The notes below the pieces were generated by a model, which had not been told where the DNA came from, ran no database searches, and saw only the letters and a list, made by a program, of their open reading frames with translations. A stretch of DNA of 63,349 nucleotides, filler included, from Chiloscyllium plagiosum (lineage: Eukaryota), in the NCBI RefSeq assembly GCF_004010195.1. It is 5 parts of one record of this genome, joined end to end, with 100 filler letters (N's around TTAATTAATTAA, not from the genome) between each part and the next. Parts side by side here need not be neighbours in the genome. Positions count along the whole stretch, not along the records: positions 1 to 25,204 come from NC_057716.1; 4 more parts are not named here. One strand, given 5' to 3'. This document shows positions 1 to 13,267 of this stretch, piece by piece (positions within the stretch are counted from its first letter, which is position 1; the number at the start of each line of letters is the position of its first letter). The position numbers were made by a program, and so were the translations under genes.

Positions 1-900
1 GTGAAGTTTGCCGATGATACAAAGTTAGGTGGACAGGCAGGTATTACTGAGGAAGTGGGGAGGCTGCAGAAGGATCTAGACAGTTTGGAGGAGTGGTCCA
101 GGAAATGGTTGATGGAATTCAATGTGAGCAAATGCAAGGTCTTGCACTTTGGGGAAAAAAAAAGAATCATGGATTACTTTCTAAACGGTGAGAAAATTCG
201 TAAAGCCAAAGTACAGAGGGATCTGGGAGTTCTAGTTGAGGATTCTCTAAAGGTAAACATGCAGGTTGAGTCCGGAATTATGAAGGTGAATGCAATGTTG
301 TCAATTATCTCGAGGGTTGGAATATAAAAGCACTGTTGTGCTACTGAGACTTTATAAAGCTCTGGTTAGGCCTCATTTGGAGTACTGTGTCCAGTTTTGG
401 TTCCCACACCTCAGGAAGGACATACTGGCACTGGAGCGTGTCTAGCAGAGATTCACATGGATGATCCCTGGAATGGTAGGTCTAACATATGAGGAACGGC
501 TGAGGATCCTGGGATTGTATTCATTGGAGTTTAGAAGATTAAGGGGAGATCTAATAGAAACTTACAAGATAATACATGGCTTGGAGAGGGTGGACGCTAG
601 GAAATTATTTCCGTTAGGCGAGGAGATTAGGACCCGTGGACACAGCCTTAGAATTAGAGGGGGTAAATTCAGAACAGAAATGCGGAGACATTTCTTCAGC
701 CAGAGACCTGTGGAATTCATTGCCGCAGAGTGCAGTGGAGGCTGGGACGCTAAATGTCTTCAAGGCAGAAATTGATAGATTCTGGATGTCACAAGGAATT
801 AAGGGCTACGGGGAGAATGCGGGTAAGTGGAGTTGAAATGCCGGAGTGGACTCGATGGGCCGAATGGCCTTACTTCCGCTCCTATGTCTTATGGTCTTAT
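1..900 (+). mobile_element. CR1-clade LINE, 3' part of ORF2 (RT C-terminus) and 3' UTR, degenerate
   Basis: ORFs 1-327 (KFADDTKLGG..FNVSKCKVLHFG..QRDLGVLV) and 461-775 (YEERLRILGLYSLEFRRLRGDLIETYKI..RTRGHSL) are typical CR1 ORF2 motifs. Ends in a short-repeat tail TCCTATGTCTTATGGTCTTAT. Confidence 0.9.
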
Positions 901-1037
901 TGCATTCCTATAATAAAAAAAAAGGAATACAGTAATTTGCCCGTAACATTTTGAAAATCATTGAAATAATTCACAAGTGAACGATCTACAACTTTCAGTT
1001 TTCTCAGGCCCGCATTAAATGATCATTTGTTTTTTGA

Positions 1038-3615
1038 ATTCACTTTTCAGACGTGTGCATCACTGGCTGGCCAGCATTTAGTACTCATCTCTAATTGTCC
1101 TCGAGAAGGTGGTGGTGAGCGGACTTCTTGAACTGCTGCAGTCCATGTGCTGTAGGCTGACCCACAAATGCCCATCGGGAAGGAATTCCAGGAATTAGAC
1201 CCAGTGACTGTGAAGGAACAGCAATATATTTTGAAGTTCGGATGGCAACTGACTTGGAGGGGAACTTGCAGGTTGGTGTCCCCACGTATCTGCTGCCCCT
1301 AGCCTTCCCGATTGAAGTGGTCGTAGATTTGGAAAGATTGTTGTCCAAAGATCGTTGATAAATTTCTTCACTGCATCTTGTAGATAGTACATACTGCTAC
1401 CCCTAACCAGAGGGAGTGGATTCTTGTCAATGTAGTGTCAATCAAGAGGGCAACTTTGTTTTGGATAGTGTCAAGCTTTTTGAGTGCTGTTTGCGCTGCA
1501 CTCATCTAGGCAGCTGGGGAACATTCCATCATACTCTGGACTTGTGCCTTGTAAATGGTGAACAAGCCTTGGGGGATGTGAGTTACTTGCCACAGTATTC
1601 CTCGCGTCTGACCTGCTCTTGTAGCCACTGTATTTATATTGAGAGTCCAGCTGAGTTTCTAGTCAGTGATATCCCCCAGAGAGGTTGATGCTGGGGGATT
1701 CTGTGGCGATAACAACACTGAATGTCAAGGGGCGGTGGTTCAATCATCTCTTACTGTAGATGGTCATAGCCTGACATTTGTGCGGTGAAAAATCTTACCT
1801 ACCACCTGGGAACCTAGTCTGGATATCATCCAGATGTTGCAACATTTGGATGTGGACTAGTTCAGTATCTGGGCAGTCAGAAAGTGAGGACTGCAGATGC
1901 TGGAGATCAGAGCTGAAAAATGTGTGGCTGGAAAAGCGCAGCAGGTCAGGCAGCATCCAAGGAGAATCGACATTTCAAACATAAGCCCTTCTTCACGAAT
2001 AAGGAGGGTGTGCCAAGCAAGCTAAGATAAAAAGGTAGGGAGGAGGGACTTGGGGGAGGGGCGTTGGGAATGCAATAGGTGGAAGGAGGTTAAGGGGAGG
2101 GTGAGAGAAATCTGCATTCAGGAGATGTGGCTGTGGTAGCGAGTCTGTTTGAGGACAGGAGATGTGGCTGTGGTAGCAAGTGTCACAAATTATGCTGACT
2201 ATTGTGCAAACATCTCCAATTCTGACTTTATAATGGAGGGAATGTCATTGCTCAAGGAGTTGAAAATGGTTGGGCCTAGGACATTACCTGACGAACTCCT
2301 GATAACTGACCACGAACAACCCCAACCATCAATGCGTCAGGTATCATTCCTCATTTCAGAGTCTGCCCTGATTCCAATTGGTTCCAGTTTTACTTGGGGT
2401 CCTTGGTACCACACTCAGTGAATTGTGGCCTTGATGTCAAGGACTGTTACTCTGACCTCACCTCTGGAAGTTGGTACTTTGTCTATGTTTGACCCAAGGT
2501 CAGGAGCTGAGTGGCCTTGGCAGAACCCAAACTGTTTAGAGAGATTGTTGCTGAGTAGATGCTGCTTGATAGCACTGTTGATGACACTTTCCGTCACTTT
2601 ACTGACGATCATAGCAGACTGATGGGCCAGTAAATGGCCAGGTTGGATTTCTTCATTTTGTATGTGCAGGATATATCTGAGCAACACTGTTATGGACAGA
2701 TGCATCAACAGCCAACAGACTGGTAAAGATGAAGTCAAGTATTTTTTCCTCTTGTTGGTTCCCTCACCACCTACCACAGACCAAGCCTAATAGCTATGTC
2801 CTTTAAGAGCAAACCAGTTCACTCAGCAGTACTGCAGCTGAGGTACTCTTTATGATGGACAACAACATCCCTCACCCAGAGCACACCTTGCACCCTTTCC
2901 GTAGTCAGTACTTCCTGCAAATGGTGTTCAACGTGCAGGAGTACCAATTCATCAGCTGAGGGAGGATGGTACATGGTAATCAGCAGATTTCCTTTGCCCA
3001 TGTTTAGGGTGATGCCATGAGACTTCATGTGGTCTAGAGTCAATATTGATGACCCCCAGAGAAACTCCCTTCTGACTGTATACCATTGTGCTGCCATCTC
3101 TGCTGGGTCCTGCCAGATGGTGACGGCAGTGTCTGGGACACAGTCTGTAACATAATGATTCTGTATGACTATGTCAGGCTGTTACTTGACTAGTCTGTGA
3201 GACAGCTCTCCTAATTTTGGCACTAGCCCCCAAATGTTGCTAAGTAGGACATTGCAGGGTTGACAGGGCTGTGTTAGCTGTTGTTGCTTCCAGAGCCCAA
3301 ATCAAGGTCAGGTCATCCATCTGGTTTAATTTCTTTGTTAAGACTTTGTAGCGATTGATACAACTGAGTGGCTTGCTTGGCCATTTCAGAGAGCAGTTGA
3401 GAGCCAACCACATTGTTGTAGCTCTGAAGTGATATGTAGGCCAGACCAGAGGAGGACGGCAGATTTACTTCTCCAAAAGACATTAGTGAGCCAGATAGAT
3501 TTATCCAAGAATTGCTGATAGTTTCATGGTCATGATTCTTAATTGCAGACCTTTTTAATTGAATTCAAATTCCACCATCTACCATGGCGAGATTTGAACT
3601 CAGATCCTCAGAACA
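1038..3615 (-). mobile_element. Old degenerate LINE (CR1/L2 group), APE endonuclease plus RT N-terminal remnants
   Basis: ORF 2819-3097 (NLLITMYHPPSADE..VLWVRDVVVHH) is endonuclease-like. ORF 2415-2777 (SKVTESVINSAIKQHLLSNNL..QFGFCQGHSAPDL..VTVLDIKA) is RT-like. Interrupted by a PLE fragment at about 1878-2120. Confidence 0.7.
1878..2120 (-). mobile_element. Penelope terminal-repeat fragment (family A) with decayed HHR
   Basis: Matches the GATGCTGCCTGACCTGCTGCGCTTTTCCAGC block at PLE 3' ends elsewhere in the window. The HHR core is mutated (GTGAAGA..TGTTTGAAA). Confidence 0.75.
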
Positions 3616-6077
3616 TAGTTTCTAGTGCCTCGAGGCGATTGTTTATATCAATTTATGCTAAAAAAAAAGTATTTGCATATGGCTTGCTACACACTTAAAT
3701 TAGCCTACAGTTCCGCAAAATTAGTTTTACTTGAAGTGGTTAGTGGTTTAAAATTCTATTGATTTGTCACTGAATTTTCTGCACAACATAATTGTGCTGA
3801 AGAAGGTGCATCATTAAATTACTGGATTTACATTTGTGGTGTGGTCTTAACAAGCTGCAATCTAATTTAAATTGACTCCTGACAATTTCAAAACAAACTC
3901 CGTATTCTGCAAGGAATACTGGCACTAATTAAGAGTTGGCCCTCAAAGCTAATTTCTGAAAAATAGTGAATAATTGATCAATTTTGGTATAATCGTTACC
4001 ATATAAAATTGAGTTTCCAAGACTACATGTTTAGCTGGAAAATGGTGGGTGGTCGGCTGGGGAAGCGACTTTTCCACAAGTGAGAGTTCCTGGAGGTTCG
4101 AATCTACTTTCTCTAAATATCTCACTATTGCAGAGATTTTTGGGTTCCATTGCCAGTTCAGACTGTTCCCACCAAGCCCACCTCCTTCCCCCCAAAAGTA
4201 GCTCAAAGAAGTGGCAAAGGGCATTTTTTTATTACAGAATTATTTATCATTAGGTTACAAGCGAGTTTTGCAGGTTTTTCTGGCTTCCATTTGAGGGAGG
4301 TGGGGGAACAGGATAGCAAGGCACACCACAGGGATGTAGGATTGATATCATGTTTTGGTGTGTGTAGGCACAAGTTGAATGGCTGCCTTCAATAATGTGC
4401 TTTCTGTGATTCTATCAACGAGTGGCTTTGCAGCAGGGCAAGTTTGACTTCCACAATGAGCAGGGACATGTGCAAAGACTTTGGATTTTTATCTGTAAGT
4501 CAGGATTTAAGGTATACAAGGGATGTTTGAAAGACAGATTTGTTTTGGCATAAGGTCAGCAGTTAATTTTTACACAAGAATGACCACTACTGAAGTAAGT
4601 ATGGTATATATAGCCATTAGCCACTAATCTACATTAAAATCTCCCAAATTGTGTTGCTCTGTAGAAAACACAATACAAAAGGTCTTTTAATCAAAAAAAA
4701 ATGGAAGAACTAATTACACTATAGATGGAGTGGCCAAGGAAAGGTAGAGAAAACATTAAGTACTATACTTTTGATTCATATCTACCTGGAACACTAGACC
4801 ATACAGGCTCTGAAATCCATGGCTCATTTGAGAGATGGCTTTCTAAGCAATACTGCATCCCCTCCATATCATACTTTTCCAATATAGCTCCTGCTCGATA
4901 TGCCTTTCCCTAATCCTCAGTTCACTGTTGTACTATGTCAGTATAACATTTCAGAAACATGTTTGTGGTATCATCAATATATAACTGCATTCGGCCTGTG
5001 GGAGAAAGAGCTCAGGCTCCATTTCACCTCTGATCACTTGAAGCACAATATTCTATTGAAATCATGTTCCTCTGTTCTAAATGATTAGCTTACATTTGCC
5101 CAGACACTTACTTCTTGAAGGATTGTAATTTTTGTTTAGAATGGTTAGTTGTAATAACTGTCTGTTGAATTCTGCAATGCCACATCATCCAACGTCCAGT
5201 TTATATTACAGTGATAACATAAGCACTGCTGCATCAGCTAAAACATCCTGTTGGAGGAAAACTCTCATGCCATGCTGCTGTCTTCATTAGACACAGCAGC
5301 TCACCATTTTGCTCTTTCAAACCCCTCGCCCACAACTATCATGGCCATACCTCTTACCATTAGATAGGAGGTACTTATTTAACAGAAACAGGTTTGCAGG
5401 CTGGAACCTTCCCAATTCCTGATATCCATAATCTGGTCAAAAGGACAAAAGTCTGGTCCTTTAAAATAGTAGAAGTTCTTAATTTTTTTTAACAGACTGA
5501 GGAAAAGGAGTTTTGGACTAGTTGGATTTAAAGCAGCTAATAGGATTTTAAAATAAAAATTACAGATCAGAAGTGTAACTCTGCCTTTGTTGCATATTTG
5601 CTTTTTGGAAAGAAGTTTTAATTTAGCACCTCTTTTAGCACACCGATCTTTAGTAACACATTAGAGTGCTAAACAAGGGTTACATGTACATAATTCAACA
5701 AAAGAATGGACTTCATCCTGTATTACATGCATCCACGGCATTGAAAGTTGAAATGTAGATCACTTTGGTGATTTGACCTAAAGACACTGGACTACAGTCT
5801 TGACGATAATAGAAGCTCACCAAAGAAAAACTAATGTTTCTACCCAATTGAAATCTAATGATTTCATCCATTTGATTAGGCTTCAAAGAATGTACATTTT
5901 ACTAGAAAATCATTAAAAAGCACTGTAATTGTATTGCTCCTTCTGCATGTTCCAGTGACTGTGTTTGTAACTTCTTAACACAAAATAATTCAAACCTTTT
6001 GTCCATACCCATTCTCACCCCTGGTACGTACCTCCACCATTGTTTAAATCACTAAAAGCAGATCCTCAATGAGACTG

Positions 6078-6172
6078 GAGCTGAAAATGTGTTGCTGAAA
6101 AAGCGCAGGTCAGGCAGCATCCAAGGAGCAGCATCCAATACTGCTTGACCTGCTGCGCTTTTCCTCACTTTC
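6078..6172. mobile_element. Short fold-back family-A PLE fragment with 15-bp TSD
   Basis: TCCTCAATGAGACTG is duplicated at 6063-6077 and 6173-6187. The inside is inverted family-A sequence with no HHR core. Confidence 0.75.
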
Positions 6173-6737
6173 TCCTCAATGAGACTGACCCTCTATCATG
6201 AAATAATTACTTTTTCAAGAGCATTAACTATCAAAACTCTTTACAATTTTAAACAATAAAGATTTCTAAATTATACTAAATGTAATGACAGATGGGAAGA
6301 AAAAAAAAACAAAAAAGGCAAATCCAGTATATAAAGTTATAACAATCAGAATAAACAAAATCAAGCTGAATTCCTGCTTTACATGTGATGATTTTAGATT
6401 ATATGGCAAGCATGAAGGACACTAAATTACTCAACAAAGACCAAATTATCAAGTTATCCAGGAAAAAAGTGTGCAGGCTTATGAACAGAAGATAGGGGGA
6501 TGGGCGAATTCCCCGTTTGTAGAGATGACACACATGACTGGCCGAATAGTCTCCTTGTGAGGTGAGGCATCTGTGATTTTGTGAAGGTACTTTGAAGGGG
6601 ATGGGATGATCATCAAACATTAAATCATGCCCTTGCTTGCACCTCAGCAGCCTTACACTGCAGCATGTGTCAAAGTGATACTTTCAGAAGGAGAAATTTC
6701 TGTCCTATAAATGCTGGAGAAATTTTCAACTTCTTAC

Positions 6738-6791
6738 CAACAGCAAAATCTACAGAACACATTTTGTTGTTCTTATCTATTTCATTTGTCT
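6738..6791 (-). CDS. Candidate 54-nt second coding exon (phase 1-1) of the signal-peptide gene: (E)TNEIDKNNKMCSVDFAV
   Basis: Minus strand has a long polypyrimidine acceptor CTCTCCTTTTGTCTGTTTTGCTCTCCGGTCTAG|, 54 nt open in the phase-1 frame left by the 16698 exon, and donor TTG|GTAAGA. Non-repeat context. Confidence 0.55.
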
Positions 6792-7089
6792 CTAGACCGG
6801 AGAGCAAAACAGACAAAAGGAGAGTAAGAATTTTACTTCCTTGTCTTGCATTTCAAAAGGTTGGATCCTGAGCCCTGGAGTCTTCTCCTTTGAATTTATT
6901 TATCCTTGATCCTTCCACACTGATGCTCCATTCAAGTCTTTGTGTGGGTCAAAGCTCAAAGATTAGCCCTCATCAGAAACTGTCATTTCACTCTAACATT
7001 GTACTAGTTTGCCAATGAAACGATAATAAAACGTGTACGTCCTACTCATCCTTTAAGAAAATGCTATTGGAGGAATGCTATTGGAGATT

Positions 7090-7320
7090 GAAGTAAAACT
7101 ACAGTCACCATTGGCCTGTCTGACCATAGGGCTGCCTTCTCATTACACAGCAAGAGATGACTTGTGGTGGTTTTACCTGAAGGTCACAATGCCTCAAGTG
7201 AGAGGAGAGGAGGAGTCCTTTATAATAATATCAGCCAGTGTAGGAATTCAACCCACACTGTTGGTATCACTCTGCACCATAAACTAGCATCCAACAAACA
7301 GAGAGCTAACTGACCTGCCA
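7090..7320 (-). mobile_element. Unclassified short interspersed repeat, related to 51445-51650
   Basis: Reverse-complement similarity to 51445-51650 (GTGACC(C/T)TCA(A/G)G..AAAC..ACCAC block, GACT-rich tail). Confidence 0.45.
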
Positions 7321-8159
7321 CATTGGAGATTAGTCCTGAAGCAAAAGAGATTTGGGAATGGGGAAAAGAATGGCATGAAGTGCCAAATTTTTGGAATTAA
7401 ATGTTAATGATAAAATGGAGTATCATAAAAATAATTGGATTAAAAGGGACTTTTACTGATGGTGTAACTTCTGAGAACATGCAAACACACCATCAGTGTC
7501 ATAGCGACCTGAGATCACATGGAACTGGATCTGAAGGGATCTGGATAAGATGTCCTCTCTTAATATCCTCTTTATAAAAAAGGTGCTCAATGAAACCTGT
7601 TGCTGCTTACTCACAAGAGTGTGTAGATCTTTCCATCGTACAGTTCCTTTTCTGTTTCTCAGCCAATTTCAGACCCACAGTATTAGTTATCTTTTGTTTA
7701 CATGGGCTTCAATCATACATAGATCATGATTACAGATTTTGTAAAAAATATGGAACATAAGAAAATTTACAGCCAAAGTTTGTGTTTGTGGCTAACTCTT
7801 TCAATTCTTCCGCTCTAATGTTCCTGTCAGCTCGAGTCAGACCTTAATAATAATTATACTTTTACTGCCAAGCATATCAAAGCCAGAAATAGAGGCCAAG
7901 GGAACAACCAGATCATCAGATAAGATTTTGAAAACCTGAGCATCTGTGGTTCTAGATGAGAAATTAATCTAATTTGACTGCCTGGCTTACTAAGTTTGAT
8001 GTTTCATCGCAAGTGATTTGAATCCCAATTTCTTTTTTTTAAAGACACCATGTCCACTGAAACACAATGTTTAAGCTGCAATGAGGTATCTAGATGGGTC
8101 AATCAGAACTTTTGACATTAACGTTGAGTGGTTAACACCTTCACAAACCTTGCAAAAGA

Positions 8160-8450
8160 GTGGTTAACACTGCTACCTCACAATGCCAGGGACAACTGAC
8201 TGTGTGGAGTTTGCACATCCTCCCTGTGCCCACATGATTTTCCTCTGGGTGCTCTGCTTTCCACCCACAGTCCAAAGATGTACAGGTTAGGTGGATTAGT
8301 CATGCTAAATCCCCCATAGTGTCCAGGCTAGGTGGATTAACTTTGGGAAATTGCAACGTTACAGGAATGGGGTGGGTAGAATGCTCTTCAGATGGGCAGC
8401 TTGGACTTGATGGGCCAAATGGCCTGTTTCTACACTGTAGGGATTCTATC
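8160..8450 (+). mobile_element. V-SINE (HE1-like), degenerate
   Basis: tRNA-like head remnant, V-domain core TGTGTGGAGTTTGCAC..TCCCACAGTCCAAAGATGT and CR1-like tail. Confidence 0.8.
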
Positions 8451-8680
8451 ATTCTTCATACAATACTTTAATCTGTCGGAGACCTCTAGTTTTAAATCCA
8501 GCTCGGACTTATAATATTAGAGACAGTGGGGTGCATTCTCCTGCCTTCCTGCTATTTTTTTTTATTTACCAAAAGAATTTTTATTATCAATTGCTTGAGA
8601 TATGGGTTAATTGGTGTTTATTGACCTTCTCTAATTCAACTGAGTGCATTAAGTCATATGGGGTTGAAGTCACATAACCA

Positions 8681-8857
8681 TTATAGTCCAACAGGTTTAA
8701 TTGGAAGCACACTAGCTTTCGGAGCAACGCTCCTTCACCAGGTGATAGTCGCTCCGAAAGCTAGTGTGCTTCCAATTAAACCTGTTGGACTATAACCTGG
8801 TGTTGTGTGATTTTTAACTTTGTATACCTCAGTCCAACACTGGCATCTCCAAATCAT
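8681..8857. mobile_element. Fold-back family-C element with HHR motif (minus-strand core mutated to CTGGTGA)
   Basis: Inverted arms TTATAGTCCAACAGGTTTAATTGGAAGCACACTAGCTTTCGGAGC / GCTCCGAAAGCTAGTGTGCTTCCAATTAAACCTGTTGGACTATAA. Same family as 55541 and 61479. Confidence 0.8.
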
Positions 8858-9671
8858 TATAAGACAATTTATAGCCAAACGAGTACAGTGTCATGGAGAT
8901 GTAATTATACATTAAAACTATTTTAGATCAAGTTTTTCATCTTTTAGAATGTGATGTGTTGGTTTCTGTTCTTTGATATATAAATCCCAGAACTTCTGTT
9001 AAATTACATTCTTAAGATAGGTCTAGCTTTTCTAACGATAGGTGCCAGCTCAGCTCAGACAATGCATTAAGTTACGAGGTCTGTGTGTCCCAATGTTGAG
9101 TTAGACGGTTCTATTTCTAAAGTGGGGTTTACAGAGTTTTATGTAGATTCATGCAATTTTTGAACAAAATAAAATGCAATTCTGTTAAAACAAATTTGCC
9201 CCATAAGCTTACATGTGTGCACGTGAAGGAGAGACAGAGTAAGTGTGTGCATATGGATGTGAGGGTGTATGATAGAGTGTGTGTATAGGTTTGGGTAAGT
9301 GTGTGTGAGAATTTGATAGTTTATATGCCTGTGAAAGGGTGCATGCGTCGGTGAGTGTGTGGAGAGAACAAGAGCGAGGTGTATTGACATGCTCAGGGCT
9401 TGAGAGACTTAAGTTTGTAATTCACCATTATCTAAATGTGTCAACTGGGGGTAAAAAGTGGAGATTCTGGTAAGATGCTAAAAGATGCTAAATTGACATG
9501 TCCAGTGCAGTCAGAAAAGACATCTAATACTTTCCTACTAATTCATACAATCTTCGAAATAATCATCTTTCAGTGTGATACTTCAGTTTTCACTTAAAAC
9601 ATACAGGTAGTTTTGATACAATACCCATTTTATCAACACGATTGATGAATAAGGGACGCTGTTTCAAAAGT

Positions 9672-9925
9672 GCTGAAAAAATGTGTTGCTGAAAAAGCGC
9701 AGGTCAGGCAGGAGAATCGACATTTCGGGCACAAGCCCTTCTTCAGGAATGAGGCAAGAGGATTCGCAGTAGGTTAAAATCAACTAGGAGAAAGTGAGTC
9801 CTCGCTTTCTCCTAGTTGATTTTAACCTACTGCGAATCCTCTTGCCTCATTCCTGAAGAAGGGCTTATGCCCGAAATGTCGATTCTCCTGCTCCTTGGAT
9901 GCTGCCTGACCTGCTGCCTGACCTG
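9672..9925. mobile_element. Family-A fold-back element, 91-bp arms, two opposed HHR motifs
   Basis: 9708-9798 is the reverse complement of 9801-9891 with two differences. Each arm carries CTGAAGA-A-GGGC-loop-GCCC-GAAA-T-GTC. Confidence 0.9.
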
Positions 9926-11804
9926 TATCGCCAACACTAAGTGCTATTTGTACTGCGTAATTTTTATGTAGCGCAAATTTGCACAAGAACACAACCATTG
10001 CATTACAGAAGAACTACCCATATTTAATAATTTGTCATGGTTTACTGTCATAATGCTGTTGATTTATTATCCACTTCTTCATTCAATATTATGCTTGGTG
10101 ACAAGTTAACAATAAATTATTAAAATATCCTTAATGTTCGTTCAGGGTACAATATTCAAACATAAATTTCTACCTTTTCAACTCACATCTTCTCTAGCCA
10201 TAATTGTCCATCAGAATATTGCACACTGCCAAGCCAATTCTTTTTCCCTATTCATTTTTATGGGTGGAAAATCTATGATTCTCAGTATGAACTTTTCGAT
10301 TCAGTCTCAGGATATGCTTATCACTAACAAGACTGGCATTTATTATCCATTGCTATTTAACTTAAGGCAGCACCAAAAATCACAGTCAGATCTGAATTAG
10401 TAAACGCCAGGAGAGTTCCTTCGCCAAAAGAATGAGTAAGCTGATTTAATTCTTAGAATTATCCATCACTTTTACTGATACTTCATCTTCATTTTCAGAA
10501 ATTTTAAACTGTATTCAACTTCTCAAATGGGTACAGTATCATCTTAACTTATGGACATTCTTGTTTAAAAATCATGCTTGCAGTACAGCAGATGCAGCCA
10601 CATGGCAGCAAGACAATATAAAGTTGTTCTGCTCGCTTCATTTGTGTGTATTATTGCCAAGCTACTTGTATCATTCATGACTCAAGGTGCACATCGTGAT
10701 CACACAGCAAGATCGGTCAGCTCAGACATCAGGATCGCCAGATTGAGAGGAGCAATTGGGAGGGGTCAAACTGATAACCAATGGCTGCCTGTATATTAAT
10801 GGTGAGCTGTTCCCACTCCATATCGCCTCGAGAATGGCAGGCTCTAGTTGTTCCTAAAGGAATTGTCAGTGCGACTCCTGTACATAGCGTTTTGTCTAAT
10901 CTTTGCAGTTTTGAAACAAGCATTAAAACTCCCATTTGATTTGCAGTTGTCTAACTGCACCACTTTCCGATATAAACCCATGACACCTGCTGATGAGTTC
11001 CAACTGATTCGGTGGACAGCATATTTTGAAAGGAATGCATGGAAATGGATGCAGGCTCACTGTTCATTGCATTGGATTCTTAGGCACCTTATGGTTGTAA
11101 AATTATACTGCGATCCAATTCACAAAACCACATTCTCTGCTTTTTTGGTAAAGTACCATAACCACTTCACGACTGTACCTACATTTCTTCATTTGTGCTC
11201 CTGATTGAAGCAGTTTGGGCTGGAATAAACAATTTGAAAAAAAATTACCCTGAAATTTTCTGCCTTTTCTACAAATGAACACATGATATAATGTTTTCAT
11301 TCAGCCTAGATCACAGCATTGCCTAACTCAAACAACCAAATGTCACATTAGAATCAATACAGCATTGCGCTGGTCATGAAGAAGCTGCCTCTTTCACCTA
11401 CTGGTTTGAGGCCTTAATTTCATTCAACCTCTAATGGATATCAAACTTTGGTTTATACCGATGGATAGGGTGGGGATGGAGAGTGTGGCACAGCAGGTCT
11501 TTCTGCAGTTGGTTAATTTTCTATTCTTTGTAGCAGATACCATGATTCCATTCCTTTCTCTTTTGGAAAGTCTCATCTAACAGTGGGGTCAGTGATGCAA
11601 TTCTCGCCATCATATTCTGTCCAGGTGATAAGTACTTTTTTCTGCACCCTAGCACACTTGGCAGCTACAAAGCATGATCCCACCTTCCAAATCCACCATA
11701 CCCCTTCATCCACCTCAATTTTCCCTTCCCCTCCATATCTTCACAATCTTACAGGGGCAATATATGAAGTAGGAAGTAAGTGAAACAGTATAATCACAGG
11801 ATAG

Positions 11805-12389
11805 TTAGAGTACAGAAGGAAGCCATTCAACCCATCACACTGGTGCTTTTCTAGGAGAACTCTGCTTGGCTTACTCACCTTGAATGTCGCCCATAGTCCT
11901 ACATATTCTCTCCCTTCAGACAATGATCTAATTTCCTTTTGCAAGTCACCATTGAATCATATCCACCACTGTTGTAAGCAAGAGATTCCAGATCCCAATC
12001 ACTCGCCGTGCAAAAACCTTCTTTATCATGTTACGTTTAGTTCTCTTGCCCATTCCCCATAAACCAGTATCCTCTGGTTCTACACCAGAGACCGTTTCTC
12101 CCTATCTACTCAGTCCATAACCCTCATGATATTGAATGTCTGTATCAAATATCCTTTCAATCTCCTCTTCACTAATTTAACCATACTACGGACGTCCCTC
12201 ATCCCTATGATCATTGTTGTAACCTTTTCGGCACCCTCCCTGAATTTTTCACATTTGAAAATGGGAACTAGACACATGACATTACCTTAACTGCACTATG
12301 TTATGTAAAAGTTCACTTTTTTTGCTTTTATACTTTATGCATCCACAATCTGTATAAAATGCAGGATCTGGTGTGCTTTATTGATCTTT
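11805..12389 (-). mobile_element. Old CR1 3' fragment
   Basis: Decayed match to the CR1 3' end seen in younger copies (CCTATCTA..CCCTCATGATATTGAATGTCTGTATCAAAT). Confidence 0.55.
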
Positions 12390-12399
12390 TTCTAAACTT

Positions 12400-12995
12400 A
12401 GGAGAAACTGAGGACTGCAGATGCTGGGGATCAGAGTTGAAAAGTGTGGCACTGGAAAAACACAGCAGTTCAGGCAGCATCCAAGGAGAAGGAGAGTCAA
12501 CCTTTTGGGCATAAGCCCTTCATCAGGAAGGTACGGGGGGGTGGAGAAGGGAAGGAGGTGGAGAGATAAATAGGAGATGGGGGTGGGGCTTGGGAAAAGG
12601 CAGCAGGAAAGGTGATAGGTAGATGCAGGTGTGGAGGTATAGTGGATGGTTTGGGGGGGGGGGACATGGACAAGTGGGACGGTTCAAGAGGGCAAGATCT
12701 GGGATGAGGTTGGGGTCATCTCCTCTCCCCCTCATCCTCGATCCAACCCTCCATCTCGGCACTGCCCTTTTGAACTGTCCCACCTGTCCATCTTCCCTAT
12801 TACCATTACAAACCACCTGTATTTATCTATACCTTCACAGCTATCTTACCCCTAGCCCCCCCCACCTCCTATTTCTTTCTCATCCTCCCCCCCTCCCACA
12901 TTCCTGATCAAGGGCTTATGCCCAAAATGTCAACTCTCCTGTTCCTCGAATGCTGCCAGAACTGTTGCGCTTTCCAAGCACCACACTCTGACTCG
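12400..12995. mobile_element. Inverted pair of PLE 3'/terminal-repeat fragments with 10-bp TSD
   Basis: Minus copy at about 12400-12715 and plus copy at about 12716-12995. TTCTAAACTT occurs at 12390-12399 and 12996-13005. Both HHR cores are decayed (CCCAAAA). Confidence 0.8.
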
Positions 12996-13267
12996 TTCTA
13001 AACTTGCCCTGCCACCTTCACCAATTTTAACATATTTATCTCAAAGCTCCTCTGCTTCTGCACTTCACAATGCTCCTATAACATTTCTTGTGAATTAGCC
13101 AGTTCAAGGGAATTTTCTAATCACTGGCAGTAGAACACACTCTGGTTTCCCAGCAGGTGACCTCTAGAATCATTCAAAGGCTCAGCCTTTAGTTTACTTT
13201 ATTTCCCCTATCTGTGCACCCCATTTAGTAATATAATCTGCAGAATGGGATCAGTGTCTTCACATAT

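Noticed and set aside
5112..5247. Further minus-strand exon ending at a GTAAGT donor
   Set aside because: From the better acceptor all three frames hit stops. The 60-nt open alternative has no polypyrimidine tract.
7615..7651. Minus-strand exon ending at GTGAGT (EKELYDGKIYTL)
   Set aside because: No credible acceptor, and the phase is incompatible with the 54-nt exon.
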